A DNA stretch of 64,000 nt from an uncultured Gammaproteobacteria bacterium (GCA_964522435.1 CAZFUL010000002.1:44631-108630), one strand, 5' to 3'. Positions 27,586 to 38,398 are shown, counted from the first letter of the stretch. The notes: generated by a model not told the origin, from the letters alone. Made by a program: numbers and translations.

Positions 27586-30228
27586 CTATTTTTTCTTAAC
27601 CGTAATACTATCCTCTTTAATACTTACTAACACCGTATCATTTTCTTGAATAGTCCCTTCAATAATTTGCAACGCAAGAGGATCGAGGAGTTCTCGTTGA
27701 ATAATGCGCTTCAGTGGACGGGCGCCAAGATGTGGATCAAAGCCTTTTTCTCCCAACCAATCTTTGGCTTTTTTATCAACCGTTAGGGTAATTTTCTTTT
27801 CTTGTAATCGCGCTATTACTGCTGCTATTTGCAAATCAACAATATGGCGAATTTGTTTTTTATCAAGCGGGTGAAACATGATAATGTCATCAATACGATT
27901 CAAAAACTCTGGTTTAAAATGCTCGCGTAAGGTATCCATGAGTTTTTTCTTAATAGTTTCCTCATGATGTTTCATGCCACCTTGGTTATTTTCGCCAAAG
28001 CCAAGTTCACCACTTTTGCCCATGCGCATAATCATCTCAGAGCCCACATTACTCGTCATGATAATAACCGTATTTTTAAAGTTTACTTTTCTTCCTTTGG
28101 CATCAGTTAATTGTCCATCTTCTAAAATTTGCAACATCACATTAAATACTTCTGGATGTGCTTTTTCTATTTCATCAAACAATACCACCGAGTAGGGGCG
28201 ACGACGAATTTTTTCTGTGAGTTGTCCACCTTCTTCATAACCAACATAGCCTGGGGCTGCACCAAACATTTTACTTACCGAATGTTTTTCCATGTATTCA
28301 CTCATGTCCACCCGAACAATGGCGTTTTCATCATTAAATAAAAACGTGGCAAGGGTTTTGGCGAGTTCAGTTTTTCCTACGCCTGTTGGACCCATAAAGA
28401 TAAATGAGCCAATAGGACGTTTTTCTTCAGAAATACCAGCACGAGAACGACGAATCGCATGCGATACGGCAGAAATGGCTTCTTCTTGACCAACCACTCG
28501 GGAAGATAATTCTTCTTCCATGCGAGCAAGTTTTTTGGTTTCACTCTCGAGCATTTTGGATACAGGAATTCCTGTCCAGCGAGAAACAACATTCGCAATA
28601 TCTTCTTCGGTGACTTCTTCTTTCAAAATAGCTCTGCCTTTTTGTACGGCAGTTAATTTTTTTTCTAATTGGGTGATTTCTTTTTCTTTTGCAGGAATTT
28701 GTGCGTAACGAATTTCTGCAACTTTTTGTAAATCACCACGGCGTTCGGTAATTTCTGCTTCTTGTTTTAAGGTATCAATATCTTTTTTTGCGGTACGAAT
28801 ATTGGTAATAATATCTTTTTCATTTTTCCAATGGACTTCTAATTCATTACTTTTTTCTCTGGTGTTTTCTAATTCTTGTTGCAATTTTTGCAAGCGAGAC
28901 TTTGAATCCGCATCATGTTCTTTTTTTAGCGCTTCAATTTCAATTTCTAATTTCATCATGTGGCGTTTCATTCTATCCAAATCATCAGGGAGAGAATCAA
29001 TTTCCATACGCAGGGCCGCGGTTGCTTCATCAACCAAATCAATCGCTTTATCTGGTAAAAAGCGATCAGAAATATAGCGACCAGATAATTCTACTGCCGC
29101 GACAATTGCATTGTCCGTAATGCGTACCCCATGATGCACTTCATATTTTTCTTTAATCCCACGTAAAATGGCAATAGCATCAGATTGCTCTGGTTCTTCT
29201 ACTAATACGGGTTGAAACCGTCGTTCAAACGCCGCATCTTTTTCTATATATTTTTGATATTCTTTCAGCGTCGTTGCGCCCACGGTATGAATTTCTCCAC
29301 GTGCTAAGGCGGGTTTTAACATGTTGCTTGCGTCAATCGCCCCATCACTTGATCCTGCCCCAACAATCGTGTGGAGTTCATCTAAGAATAAGATAATTTT
29401 TCCTTTGGATTCACGGGCTTCTTTGAGGACTGCTTTAAATCGTTCTTCAAATTCACCACGGAATTTTGTTCCGGCAACAAGGGCGCCAATATCTAAACCA
29501 ATCACTTCTTTTTCTTTTAAGGATTCTGGGACATCACCTTTCACAATACGCTGCGCGAGTCCTTCAACAATCGCCGTTTTTCCGACGCCTGGTTCTCCAA
29601 TAAGCACCGGATTATTTTTTGTTCGTCGTGATAACACTTGCATCACCCGGCGGATTTCATCATCACGCCCAATGACTGGATCTAATTGTTCATTACGCGC
29701 GCGCTCAGTAAAATTAATGCCGTATTTTTCTAGTGCTTGATACTTACTTTCTGGCGTTTGTGAATCCACGCGTTGGGAACCACGTACTTGCGCTAATACT
29801 TTTAAGATATCATCGTATTGCACACCTTCGCGTTGTAATGCGTCGCTAATAGGATTTTTTTGTTTTGCATAGGCAAGTAACAAATGTTCCACGCTAATAT
29901 ATTCATCACCCATGCGTTTTGATTCTTCTTGGGCTTGTTGCAACACAAAAAGCATGGCTTGGCCCATAAGCACCTGCCCAAGCCCGCCAGAGATATGACC
30001 AAACTGTTTGGGTAATACATCGATCATTGCCTGCACATCACGTTTAATAGCAATAAGATTGACATCTAATTTTTGTAGTACCGAAATCACCACCCCATCT
30101 TCTTGCTCTAATAGCGCCATAAAGAGGTGAGGAGGCTCTACATGGGGTTGATTATTTTCATGCGCAATATGACTGGCCCGTTGTAACGCTTCTTGAGATT
30201 TATTGGTAAAATTATTTGGGTTAAGCAT
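27586..30228 (-). CDS. clpB: ATP-dependent chaperone ClpB
   Basis: Two AAA+ modules: GEPGVGKT and GPTGVGKT. Middle coiled-coil domain. 880 aa. Confidence 0.9.
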   Translation of the reverse strand: MLNPNNFTNKSQEALQRASHIAHENNQPHVEPPHLFMALLEQEDGVVISVLQKLDVNLIAIKRDVQAMIDVLPKQFGHISGGLGQVLMGQAMLFVLQQAQEESKRMGDEYISVEHLLLAYAKQKNPISDALQREGVQYDDILKVLAQVRGSQRVDSQTPESKYQALEKYGINFTERARNEQLDPVIGRDDEIRRVMQVLSRRTKNNPVLIGEPGVGKTAIVEGLAQRIVKGDVPESLKEKEVIGLDIGALVAGTKFRGEFEERFKAVLKEARESKGKIILFLDELHTIVGAGSSDGAIDASNMLKPALARGEIHTVGATTLKEYQKYIEKDAAFERRFQPVLVEEPEQSDAIAILRGIKEKYEVHHGVRITDNAIVAAVELSGRYISDRFLPDKAIDLVDEATAALRMEIDSLPDDLDRMKRHMMKLEIEIEALKKEHDADSKSRLQKLQQELENTREKSNELEVHWKNEKDIITNIRTAKKDIDTLKQEAEITERRGDLQKVAEIRYAQIPAKEKEITQLEKKLTAVQKGRAILKEEVTEEDIANVVSRWTGIPVSKMLESETKKLARMEEELSSRVVGQEEAISAVSHAIRRSRAGISEEKRPIGSFIFMGPTGVGKTELAKTLATFLFNDENAIVRVDMSEYMEKHSVSKMFGAAPGYVGYEEGGQLTEKIRRRPYSVVLFDEIEKAHPEVFNVMLQILEDGQLTDAKGRKVNFKNTVIIMTSNVGSEMIMRMGKSGELGFGENNQGGMKHHEETIKKKLMDTLREHFKPEFLNRIDDIIMFHPLDKKQIRHIVDLQIAAVIARLQEKKITLTVDKKAKDWLGEKGFDPHLGARPLKRIIQRELLDPLALQIIEGTIQENDTVLVSIKEDSITVKKK

Positions 30229-30374
30229 AGGAGGGGAGTAATCAGTAATGAGTAAATAGAGAGATTATCACTCTATTATATAGACTGATAATACTATAGC
30301 AGATTGAAAAAAGTTGTCAATTGTGCGAAAATACCGAATATGCTGATGGGGTTACCTGTCAGCTATCATATCCT

Positions 30375-31142
30375 ATGACCATCCTTGGCGTTCGAATTGA
30401 TGCCTTGTCACCAAGTGCTGCTATACAACAGGTACAGGCGTTTTTGGGTTCTGATAGGCCACACATGGTTGTGACGCCGAATCCAGAAATGTTGGTAGCC
30501 GCGCAAAAAGATGTGTATTTTCGCGAAGTCTTGAATGAGGCCCATCTTTCTATTTGTGATGGAAAGGGGATCGCATTGCTGACCCGTGGAAACCTTACCC
30601 GCTATGCCGGAGTAGATATGATGGAAGATATTTGTGCACTTGCTGCTGCGGAAAAAAAACGTATTTTTTTGTTGGGTACAGGAACCCGGCATACGCTAGA
30701 AAAAGCAGCCGCAGCCCTGCAACAAGAATTTCCTACGCTTATTATTGCTGGCATGCATCCGGGTATGCCAATTACAGAAAAACCCTCCCCGCACGACGCC
30801 ACACGATTGATCTTGCACTATGATGCACCAGCGCAGGAAGAGCTTATTGATAGTATTATTGCTGCTGCACCAGATATATTGTTTGTCGCCTTTGGTCATT
30901 CCAAACAAGAAAAATGGATATATGAACATGTGGCTGAATTACCGAGTGTGCGAGTGGCTATGGGGATTGGTGGAGCAATTGATTTTTTTGCTGGTACTCG
31001 TCGTCGTGCGCCGCGCATGATGCAAGCGCTTGGATTAGAATGGTTGTGGCGATTGATACAACAGCCAACACGGATACGGCGTATTTGGCGGGCAGTGGTG
31101 GTATTTCCTATACTGTATTTTTCGAAACATAATCATACATAA
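30375..31142 (+). CDS. WecB/TagA/CpsF-family glycosyltransferase
   Basis: Family C-terminal motif GLEWLWRLIQQP. Start trimmed to MTILGVRID. Confidence 0.7.
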   Translation: MTILGVRIDALSPSAAIQQVQAFLGSDRPHMVVTPNPEMLVAAQKDVYFREVLNEAHLSICDGKGIALLTRGNLTRYAGVDMMEDICALAAAEKKRIFLLGTGTRHTLEKAAAALQQEFPTLIIAGMHPGMPITEKPSPHDATRLILHYDAPAQEELIDSIIAAAPDILFVAFGHSKQEKWIYEHVAELPSVRVAMGIGGAIDFFAGTRRRAPRMMQALGLEWLWRLIQQPTRIRRIWRAVVVFPILYFSKHNHT

Positions 31143-31150
31143 TTTCTTCT

Positions 31151-31897
31151 ATGCTTTCTCTTAAAAAAATTCGCCAACTGCAACAAAAAAAATACCGCTA
31201 TGAATACCGACAATTTTTGGTTGAAGGCGTAAAAGGGGTGCAAGAAGCTCTTGCCGCAAAGCGAGTTCGGTTGCTTATGATAGAAGAATCTAAACAACAG
31301 CTGCTGCATACGCTTATTATGGACGCAGCACAACAAGGCATAGAAATTCGTATTGTTTCTGCAAAAGATGCAGAGTCGGTTAAAACAACAGAAACATTTG
31401 CCGGCGTGTTAGCTGTATGTGATATGACGAGTGCATCACTTGCTGATGTGGCGGGAACGGTCATTTGTTTAGATACCCTGCAAGATCCGGGTAATGTGGG
31501 CACCATTATTCGCACTGCCGATTGGTTTGGTGTGTCTCATATTTTATTATCTGAAAATTGTGTAGACCCGTATAACGAAAAAACTGTCCGTAGTAGCATG
31601 GGATCCTTGTTTCACGTACAACTCTATCAATCAACCAATATAATTCAGGATGTGGGGTATTTGCAAAAACAGCATGGGTATCAGGTACATGGCTTAACCC
31701 TGCATGGCAGGCCACTGAGCCCTGATATCGTGTTTTCTGTGCGTGATTGTCTTGTCTTTGGCAGTGAATCCCATGGGTTATCGTCAGATCTTGAAAAAAT
31801 GCTTCATGCGCGCTACACTATTCCCGGCATTGGCCAAGCAGAATCCCTCAACGTTGCTATTGCAGCCGGGATTGTATTATCTCGAGTATCGCTATGA
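31151..31897 (+). CDS. TrmH/SpoU-family RNA 2'-O-methyltransferase (RlmB-like)
   Basis: SPOUT motifs LDTLQDPGNVGTIIRTA, GSESHGLS and ESLNVAIAAGIVL. Confidence 0.75.
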   Translation: MLSLKKIRQLQQKKYRYEYRQFLVEGVKGVQEALAAKRVRLLMIEESKQQLLHTLIMDAAQQGIEIRIVSAKDAESVKTTETFAGVLAVCDMTSASLADVAGTVICLDTLQDPGNVGTIIRTADWFGVSHILLSENCVDPYNEKTVRSSMGSLFHVQLYQSTNIIQDVGYLQKQHGYQVHGLTLHGRPLSPDIVFSVRDCLVFGSESHGLSSDLEKMLHARYTIPGIGQAESLNVAIAAGIVLSRVSL

Positions 31898-33375
31898 TAA
31901 AAGTAAGAACCCGTATACCGCCAAGTCCCACAGGCATGTTTCATGTGGGAAGTTTGCGTACCGCATTGTATAATTATTTGTATGCCAAAAAACATGGTGG
32001 TGAGTTTATTTTGCGTATAGAAGACACCGACCAAGAACGCTTTGTTCCTGGGAGCATGGAAAATATTATTGAAACCTTGGCTATTGCCGGTATTGCCCCA
32101 GATGAAGGTCCGTATATGACCGCAGAAGGAAGCATAGAAGAAAAAGGGGAGTATGGCCCATATGTTCAGTCTGCCCGCTTACCGATTTATAAACAATATG
32201 TTGATCAGCTTATTGCGCAAGGCCATGCCTATTATGCGTTTGATAGTGCAGACGCCTTAGAGGCAATGCGTGAACAACAACGTCTCAACAAGCAAGCTAC
32301 CCGCTATGATAGGGCGAGTATGAAAAATAGTTTTACCCTCTCAAAAGAAGAGGTAGAAGAACGGCTCGCAAAAGGAGAGGAGTATGTCGTCCGTATGAAG
32401 GTGCCAAGTGAGGGGAGTACGAGTTTTCATGATGTGGTCCGAGGAACCATTACGTTTGATAATAAAGAAGTAGATGATCAAATTTTGTTAAAGTCAGATG
32501 GCTTCCCAACCTATCATTTAGCAGTGGTGGTCGATGATCATCTTATGCAAATTACGCATGTTTCTCGTGGAGAAGAATGGTTACCGTCAACACCAAAACA
32601 TGTGTTGTTATATCAAATGTTTGGCTGGGACATGCCTGTATTTGCGCATCAACCCTTACTCGTGAATGAACAAAAACAAAAACTAAGTAAACGCCATGGC
32701 GATGTTTCGGTAAAAGATTTTTTGGAAAAGGGATATTTAATAGAAGCCTTGCTCAATTTTGTTGCGTTTTTAGGCTGGAATCCCAAAACAGAACAAGAAA
32801 TTTTTTCATTAGAAGAATTGATTGTTGCCTTTGATTTAGATCAAATATCAAAATCCGCCGCCGTCTTTAATCGAGAAAAATTGGATTGGTATAATAAACA
32901 ATACTTGATGAAATCTTCTGCACAAGAAGTCGCACGCCGAGCAAAACCGTTTTTTGATCAAGCCGGATTTACTCTTTCTGAACAAGACATTGCGCGTGTT
33001 ATTCCTTTAGAACAAGAGCGGGTAACCACCTTAGCAGAATTTCCAGCAGCCCTGTCATTTATATTTCAAGATACGTTATCGTATGCCCCTGAACTGTTGG
33101 TGTGGAAAAAAGATACGCGAGAACGATCAAGAGAAATATTGCAGCTCTTAGTCACACAGATGGATACCATGCTTGCTTGGACAAAAGAAGATATTGAAAA
33201 CAGTATCAAGAATTGGATTCAACAAGAACAGCTTGGGGTAGGAAATGTGCTTTGGCCCATGCGCACTGCCCTTTCTGGGCAGCAAAATTCGCCTGGTCCC
33301 TTTGAGATCGCAGCCGTATTAGGGAAAGAAAAAACCATACAGCGCTTGCAACAAGCGATTGACGTATTAGCTTAA
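31894..33375 (+). CDS. gltX: Glutamyl-tRNA synthetase
   Basis: HIGH-type motif PSPTGMFHVGSLRTALYNY. KLSKR (KMSKS-type) motif. Confidence 0.9.
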   Translation: MIKVRTRIPPSPTGMFHVGSLRTALYNYLYAKKHGGEFILRIEDTDQERFVPGSMENIIETLAIAGIAPDEGPYMTAEGSIEEKGEYGPYVQSARLPIYKQYVDQLIAQGHAYYAFDSADALEAMREQQRLNKQATRYDRASMKNSFTLSKEEVEERLAKGEEYVVRMKVPSEGSTSFHDVVRGTITFDNKEVDDQILLKSDGFPTYHLAVVVDDHLMQITHVSRGEEWLPSTPKHVLLYQMFGWDMPVFAHQPLLVNEQKQKLSKRHGDVSVKDFLEKGYLIEALLNFVAFLGWNPKTEQEIFSLEELIVAFDLDQISKSAAVFNREKLDWYNKQYLMKSSAQEVARRAKPFFDQAGFTLSEQDIARVIPLEQERVTTLAEFPAALSFIFQDTLSYAPELLVWKKDTRERSREILQLLVTQMDTMLAWTKEDIENSIKNWIQQEQLGVGNVLWPMRTALSGQQNSPGPFEIAAVLGKEKTIQRLQQAIDVLA

Positions 33376-33409
33376 ATACACGTATACTAGAGCTATATAT
33401 TTAATTCTA

Positions 33410-33724
33410 TTGTCTATGATGGCGAAAAAATGTATTGGGTCAAAAGTGATCGCAACCCTATTGGTTGTTGGTGGTCTTAATTGGGGTCTTATTGGGTTAT
33501 TTGATTGGAACCTCGTAAATGCACTTTTTGGCTCTGTTGCTTGGTTAGAACGAGCCGTATACATTCTTGTGGGTGTTGCTGCGGTTATGTCTATCTTTCA
33601 TTGCAAATGCAAGATGTGTAAGGGCAACTGGGGCACAAAAGCAGATGATATGTCTTGTGGTGATGGCGGTTGTGGAGATTGTCATTGTAAAGATGGCGCT
33701 TGCAAATGTGAAGTAAAAAAATAG
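33410..33724 (+). CDS. DUF378-like small membrane protein fused to a C-terminal Cys-rich (metallothionein-like) tail
   Basis: N-terminal GLNWGLIG...VYILVGVAAV two-TM core. C-terminal tail CKCKMCKG...CGDGGCGDCHCKDGACKC has 12 Cys in 45 residues. Confidence 0.55.
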   Translation: MSMMAKKCIGSKVIATLLVVGGLNWGLIGLFDWNLVNALFGSVAWLERAVYILVGVAAVMSIFHCKCKMCKGNWGTKADDMSCGDGGCGDCHCKDGACKCEVKK

Positions 33725-33744
33725 TTTTTTTCTATATATCTTCA

Positions 33745-33775
33745 AAAAATCCCTGATTCTGTCAGGGTTTTTTTA
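33745..33775 (+). terminator. Rho-independent terminator
   Basis: CCCTGA-TTCT-GTCAGGG followed by TTTTTTT. Confidence 0.65.
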
Positions 33776-33781
33776 TAGGGA

Positions 33782-33810
33782 TTGACGGATATGCAATTAT
33801 CTTATATACT
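33782..33810 (+). promoter_or_regulatory. sigma70-like promoter for tRNA-Thr, TTGACG-N17-TATACT
   Basis: Consensus hexamers 18 nt upstream of the tRNA 5' end. Confidence 0.55.
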
Positions 33811-33828
33811 TTTTTTCGTTGATAATAC

Positions 33829-33902
33829 GCCGTCATAGCTCAGTCGGTAGAGCGCATCCATGGTAAGGATGAGGTCCCCAGTTCGATCCTGGGTGTCGGC
33901 TC
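33829..33902 (+). tRNA. tRNA-Thr (anticodon GGU)
   Basis: GCCGTCATAGCTCAGTCGGTAGAGCGCATCCATGGTAAGGATG...GGTTCGATCC. Anticodon loop ATGGTAA. One acceptor-stem mismatch. Confidence 0.75.
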
Positions 33903-34010
33903 ACAATCGCAAAAACAGTCTTAAAAGGGCTGTTTTTTGTATTCTTTCGCATGGTTGAACTCTTCTCCTACTTTTGATAGTATAGTGCCAATATACCCCT
34001 TATTCCTTTT

Positions 34011-34520
34011 ATGCAGATTCAGATAAAAAAAATAGTTGTGCCGCGTGTGTTTCTCTCTCGATTAACACTATGGAAACAAATGCAACAATCTCTTCGCTAT
34101 GGTCTCTTAGGGTTAGGGATTGTTCTTATAACGCTTGGACCTCTATCGATCATTCCTATATTTATTATAAAGGGCTATTACCAAGGGCTTAATGACACCG
34201 CTAATACCTTTCTTCCTGTTATTCGCTGGATATTCTTTTGGGCATTCTTTTTTGTTCAACTCATTGCTGCCTATCTTGCGTTAGTGAATCAAGGGAGGTA
34301 TGCCTGGCGATATGGAGTAGTATTAAGCGTTACTGTCGTGATTGGGTTTATATTATTTGGCATGACAGGTGCTGGATTTTGGGAAAAAACAGAAACAGAT
34401 TGGAACATACTTTGGAAAGTGGTAGGAGTACTCTATGGTATATTGGGGATTCCGCAAATTATTAGTTCTTTATTCGTATCTCTGGTTTCTGCATATACAA
34501 GTAAAAAATTATCAGTATAG
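34011..34520 (+). CDS. Hypothetical membrane protein
   Basis: 169 aa with 4 predicted TM helices. Confidence 0.4.
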   Translation: MQIQIKKIVVPRVFLSRLTLWKQMQQSLRYGLLGLGIVLITLGPLSIIPIFIIKGYYQGLNDTANTFLPVIRWIFFWAFFFVQLIAAYLALVNQGRYAWRYGVVLSVTVVIGFILFGMTGAGFWEKTETDWNILWKVVGVLYGILGIPQIISSLFVSLVSAYTSKKLSV

Positions 34521-34597
34521 GTTTTTGTATATGTCGAACTGAATATTGTTTTCTTGTAGTATCTCATACATGGACTTCTTATTTAATATATGTTTTT

Positions 34598-35176
34598 ATG
34601 CCCCTCACAAAACAAATAAAAACTATTCTCTTGTTTAACGTTATCTATATCACCCTGTTTGGTGCATTCGCTGTGTATCGAGAAAATTGGGAATTTTTAT
34701 TTTATGTGTCGATTGTTGGGTTTTTCTTTTTTCTCCTGCTTAAAAAACATCAAACACTTGGCTTAACACCAGGGGTGTTGTGGGGGCTTTCTGTCTGGGG
34801 GCTTATTCATATGATGGGGGGAAATATCCCGGTGAATGGCAGTGTGTTGTATAATGTGCAACTTATTCCGATATTTTTAAAATATGATCAACTGGTGCAT
34901 GCCTTTGGATTTGGTGTGACAACCGTTGTTGGCTGGCAGCTTATTCGACCGTATTTGAAAGAAACATATAATCGGGTAACAATTGGTATTTTGATTGTGA
35001 TGATTGGTATGGGAGCCGGTGCCTTGAACGAAACACTAGAATTTATTGCAACCGTTATTGTTCCAGAAACAAATGTTGGGGGATATCTCAATACTTCACT
35101 TGACCTTATTTTTAATATGCTTGGGGCAAGTATTGCGGCGGTGTATATTATGAGTCGGGAGAAAAAAAGAATGTAA
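34598..35176 (+). CDS. Hypothetical membrane protein
   Basis: 192 aa with 5-6 predicted TM helices. Confidence 0.45.
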   Translation: MPLTKQIKTILLFNVIYITLFGAFAVYRENWEFLFYVSIVGFFFFLLLKKHQTLGLTPGVLWGLSVWGLIHMMGGNIPVNGSVLYNVQLIPIFLKYDQLVHAFGFGVTTVVGWQLIRPYLKETYNRVTIGILIVMIGMGAGALNETLEFIATVIVPETNVGGYLNTSLDLIFNMLGASIAAVYIMSREKKRM

Positions 35177-35268
35177 ATACTGTCAGGTATACAACGCCAA
35201 GCCATCATTATATAAACGCAGTCTTAACCAGGCTGCTTTTTATATATCCCAAAGGCAACCCTCCATGA

Positions 35269-35297
35269 TTGACTTTTTTCTTTGCTTATGATAGATA
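35269..35297 (+). promoter_or_regulatory. sigma70-like promoter for the foreign ORF at 35344, TTGACT-N17-TAGATA
   Basis: Followed by the 5'UTR palindrome CCGGAA-G-TTCCGG at 35313-35325 and an AAGGAGGG ribosome-binding site at 35331-35338. Confidence 0.45.
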
Positions 35298-35343
35298 AGC
35301 TGCACAACTGAACCGGAAGTTCCGGAACGTAAGGAGGGATAGC

Positions 35344-35898
35344 ATGTCAATTAGCTTTGGATTGCGTCGTTTTCTGCAGCAGCTCCGCTACGATGAGCTC
35401 CGGCTGTTCCAACAGTTCACACAGATGGCTGGTACGGGAGATCGCCTGTGTCTGAAAGATATTCCACCGGAGAAGGGAGAAGCGGTGAGCGCCTTCTTTG
35501 CACTGTTGGTGGAACAGGATATCCTCACCCTCGTGAGCGAACAAGGGGCACATGGGAATATCTGGCGTCTCAACCGGCGTTTGTATGACCAGCTGCTTCC
35601 TGCCAGCTACCAGACCCCCAAGGGGATTGTGCTGCTGGTGGCACAGGAATTCCAGCAGCCTGTGGCACATATTTTGGGTCATGAACACCGCAAACCTGCT
35701 GTGTTTGCCACGAAAGTGGTTGCCTGGCTCATGTACAACAATGGCCGGGGCACGACCTCCCAAGCTGATATCGGTAAGGAGCTGAACCGGGCCCAGTCAA
35801 CCGTATGCACCGATATCATCTTCATTGGGCAGGCAATGCTCGAAGATCCGGCGTTCAACGCTCGGGTGATGCGGTTATACGCCCGCATCTACGGCTGA
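35344..35898 (+). CDS. Compositionally foreign putative DNA-binding protein: N-terminal winged-helix-like segment and C-terminal HTH
   Basis: Coding GC about 55% with CTG/GGC/CGC codon bias. C-terminal HTH-like segment TTSQADIGKELNRAQSTVCTDI. Strong ribosome-binding site. Confidence 0.55.
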   Translation: MSISFGLRRFLQQLRYDELRLFQQFTQMAGTGDRLCLKDIPPEKGEAVSAFFALLVEQDILTLVSEQGAHGNIWRLNRRLYDQLLPASYQTPKGIVLLVAQEFQQPVAHILGHEHRKPAVFATKVVAWLMYNNGRGTTSQADIGKELNRAQSTVCTDIIFIGQAMLEDPAFNARVMRLYARIYG

Positions 35899-36035
35899 TT
35901 TTCCCACCTGAAACGAGAGAATCCCACCTTTCAGGGCGGCAATTCTCGTTTCCCAAGACGATGCCACCCAATCTCTGTATATACTCGTATGTATGTAGAG
36001 ATTGGAGAACAACGGCATCGTTTTGTGAAAAAATA

Positions 36036-36068
36036 AAACCCCGACACATGTGTCAGGGTTTTTTAATC
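36036..36068. terminator. Bidirectional rho-independent terminator
   Basis: AAAATAAAA-CCCCGACACATGTGTCAGGG-TTTTTT. Confidence 0.6.
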
Positions 36069-36084
36069 TCTCATGGTTGTTTTC

Positions 36085-36642
36085 TTATGGAACCACGTTA
36101 ATTTCTAAGGCATTAAATTGTTGTGTTCCGGTTTGTTCGCAAGATAAGTAAATTGTTTGTGGTGGATTCTTGACGCTAATGGTAAATGGTTGCGCATCGT
36201 AGCCGTCCAAGATAATTGATTTTGTTCCAATCGTAATTTTTTGTGGGTCTGCAGAGAATCCATCTAATAACACTGTCGTGCCATTTTTTACCAGCATTTT
36301 GTTGGTAGGAATGGTTTTACAATGTTCTATTTGGATACGCCAATCTCCGTAGGTCGCTAATGCTTTTTGATAGGTATCTGGATTTGCTTTTAAATGTTTT
36401 CCTGAAACAACTGGCGCGGCATTGTTGCCTCCGGTTGCTGGGGCGTCTTCATTTTTCTTTGGAAGAGTCATGGTGTTGTCACGTTCCACTGCGGTGCCTT
36501 CTGCAAAAGGAGAGGTGGAATTGCCATCAACAGTCATTGTCTCTTTTTTTGCATTGGTAATAAGAATACTCACAATGAATACCAATACAATAATACCGGC
36601 AATGATCAACTGTTCACGATACTTGGTAATGATGTCATTCAT
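36085..36642 (-). CDS. Hypothetical N-terminally anchored secreted protein
   Basis: Single N-terminal TM helix, then a Thr/Gly/Asn-rich beta-type domain. 185 aa. Confidence 0.45.
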   Translation of the reverse strand: MNDIITKYREQLIIAGIIVLVFIVSILITNAKKETMTVDGNSTSPFAEGTAVERDNTMTLPKKNEDAPATGGNNAAPVVSGKHLKANPDTYQKALATYGDWRIQIEHCKTIPTNKMLVKNGTTVLLDGFSADPQKITIGTKSIILDGYDAQPFTISVKNPPQTIYLSCEQTGTQQFNALEINVVP

Positions 36643-36752
36643 ATATTTTTGCTTAAATGTATGCTGTAGTATGCCGCTTTTTATGGTGGTTTGTCAACTG
36701 AGTCTTGAAACATATATTCTGCAAAAAAAATATGTGCTATACTGATATACGT

Positions 36753-37433
36753 ATGATTACGTTAACGAATGTTACAAAACAATATACAAAAGATAGCGTT
36801 GGTGTAGAAGATATTGACTTATTTGTGGACGCAGGTGAATTTGTTTCCATTGTTGGTCAAAGTGGTACCGGAAAAACAACGCTCATCAAACTCCTTATTG
36901 CGGAAGAAAAACCCACCCGTGGAAAAATAGAAGTGGGAGGTTGGGATATTACCAAAATTTCATACCGCGATATTCCACTGCTGCGCCGTCAAATTGGGGT
37001 TATTTTTCAGGATTTTAAATTACTCGATAAAAAAACTGTGATAGAAAATGTGGCCTTTGCGTTGCAAGTATCTGGGACACCGACGAGTCGGATTCGAGAT
37101 GTGGTTCCCAAAGTCTTAAAAATTGTTGGGCTTGATAAAAAAATAGATCGTTACCCGCATCAATTATCTGGTGGAGAACAGCAACGGGTTGCTATTGCGC
37201 GAGCCTTAGTGCATCGGCCAAAAATTTTGGTCGCCGACGAGCCAACAGGGAATTTGGATACGATTAATTCTCAAGAGATTATTGATATCTTGAAAAAAAT
37301 TAATGACTTTGGCACGACGATTGTATTGGTAACGCACGATAAAGATATTGTGAATCAATTGCGTCGTCGTGTGATTACCTTACATAATGGCCGCATTGTG
37401 GTCGATGAAAAAAGTGGTAAATATCAATTGTAA
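36753..37433 (+). CDS. ftsE: Cell division ABC transporter ATP-binding protein FtsE
   Basis: Walker [26 protein letters not shown], and an FtsX gene downstream. Start trimmed to MITLTNV. Confidence 0.8.
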   Translation: MITLTNVTKQYTKDSVGVEDIDLFVDAGEFVSIVGQSGTGKTTLIKLLIAEEKPTRGKIEVGGWDITKISYRDIPLLRRQIGVIFQDFKLLDKKTVIENVAFALQVSGTPTSRIRDVVPKVLKIVGLDKKIDRYPHQLSGGEQQRVAIARALVHRPKILVADEPTGNLDTINSQEIIDILKKINDFGTTIVLVTHDKDIVNQLRRRVITLHNGRIVVDEKSGKYQL

Positions 37434-37436
37434 TAT

Positions 37437-38345
37437 ATGATTTCTTTTCTTCGTATTATCCGATTTGCGTTGCAGGACATGGTGCGTAACCTGAGCTTGT
37501 CCTTCATGACATTGCTGATTCTTATTCTCATGTTATTGTCTATCAATACCCTTATTATTGTGCGGGTATTTACTGACCAGACTATTGAAACCGTGAAACA
37601 GCAAATAGATGTGAGTGTGTATTTTCATCATGAAGCAAAAGATGACAGTATAGAAGAAATGCGCCAATATATTACTGCCTTTCCAGAAGTTACCGATGTA
37701 AGCTATTACAATAAAGAACAAGTGTTAGAACAATTTCGTGAAACACATAAAGATAATCCAGATATTATTGCCTCCTTGTCTGAATTAGCAGATAATCCGC
37801 TTGGCGCCACCATGATTATTAAAACGCGTGATCCAGCAGATTACAAAAAGGTTATTGATGCGTTAAATGTTCCGGAGTATGACGGTATTATTGAAGCAAA
37901 AACCTTTGCAGACACAGAGCAAGCCATTAGCCGAGTGACGCTCATTACCAAACAAGTAGAACAAGCGGTATATGCCTTAACGGCCTTGTTTGCCATTATT
38001 GCCTTCTTTGTTATTTTTAATACTGTACGCGTCGCCATTTATACCCAAAGAACAGAGATTAGTATTAAAAAATTGGTCGGCGCAACAGATTGGTTTGTGC
38101 GTGGTCCGTATATTGTAGAATCAGTTTTATTTACCATCCTGAGTGTTGCGATAACAACTGGGATTATGTTTTTTGTCATTCGCTTTTTAGACCCCTATGT
38201 GAGTGTATTATTGAATAAAGAGGCATTCTTGACAAATTACGTTGAGTCTCATATACTGGTGCTCATAGCGACTCAATGTATCGTGGTTTTCTTCTTAACG
38301 ATTGCCACCAGTGGGTTAGCAATGAGGAAGTACCTTAGAACGTAG
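37437..38345 (+). CDS. ftsX: Cell division permease FtsX
   Basis: 302 aa. N-terminal TM, periplasmic loop, three C-terminal TM helices. Directly follows ftsE. Confidence 0.75.
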   Translation: MISFLRIIRFALQDMVRNLSLSFMTLLILILMLLSINTLIIVRVFTDQTIETVKQQIDVSVYFHHEAKDDSIEEMRQYITAFPEVTDVSYYNKEQVLEQFRETHKDNPDIIASLSELADNPLGATMIIKTRDPADYKKVIDALNVPEYDGIIEAKTFADTEQAISRVTLITKQVEQAVYALTALFAIIAFFVIFNTVRVAIYTQRTEISIKKLVGATDWFVRGPYIVESVLFTILSVAITTGIMFFVIRFLDPYVSVLLNKEAFLTNYVESHILVLIATQCIVVFFLTIATSGLAMRKYLRT

Positions 38346-38398
38346 TTGTCTAAGTTATATAGGATATACCGCCTACGCTAAAGCTACGGCGAACACAG

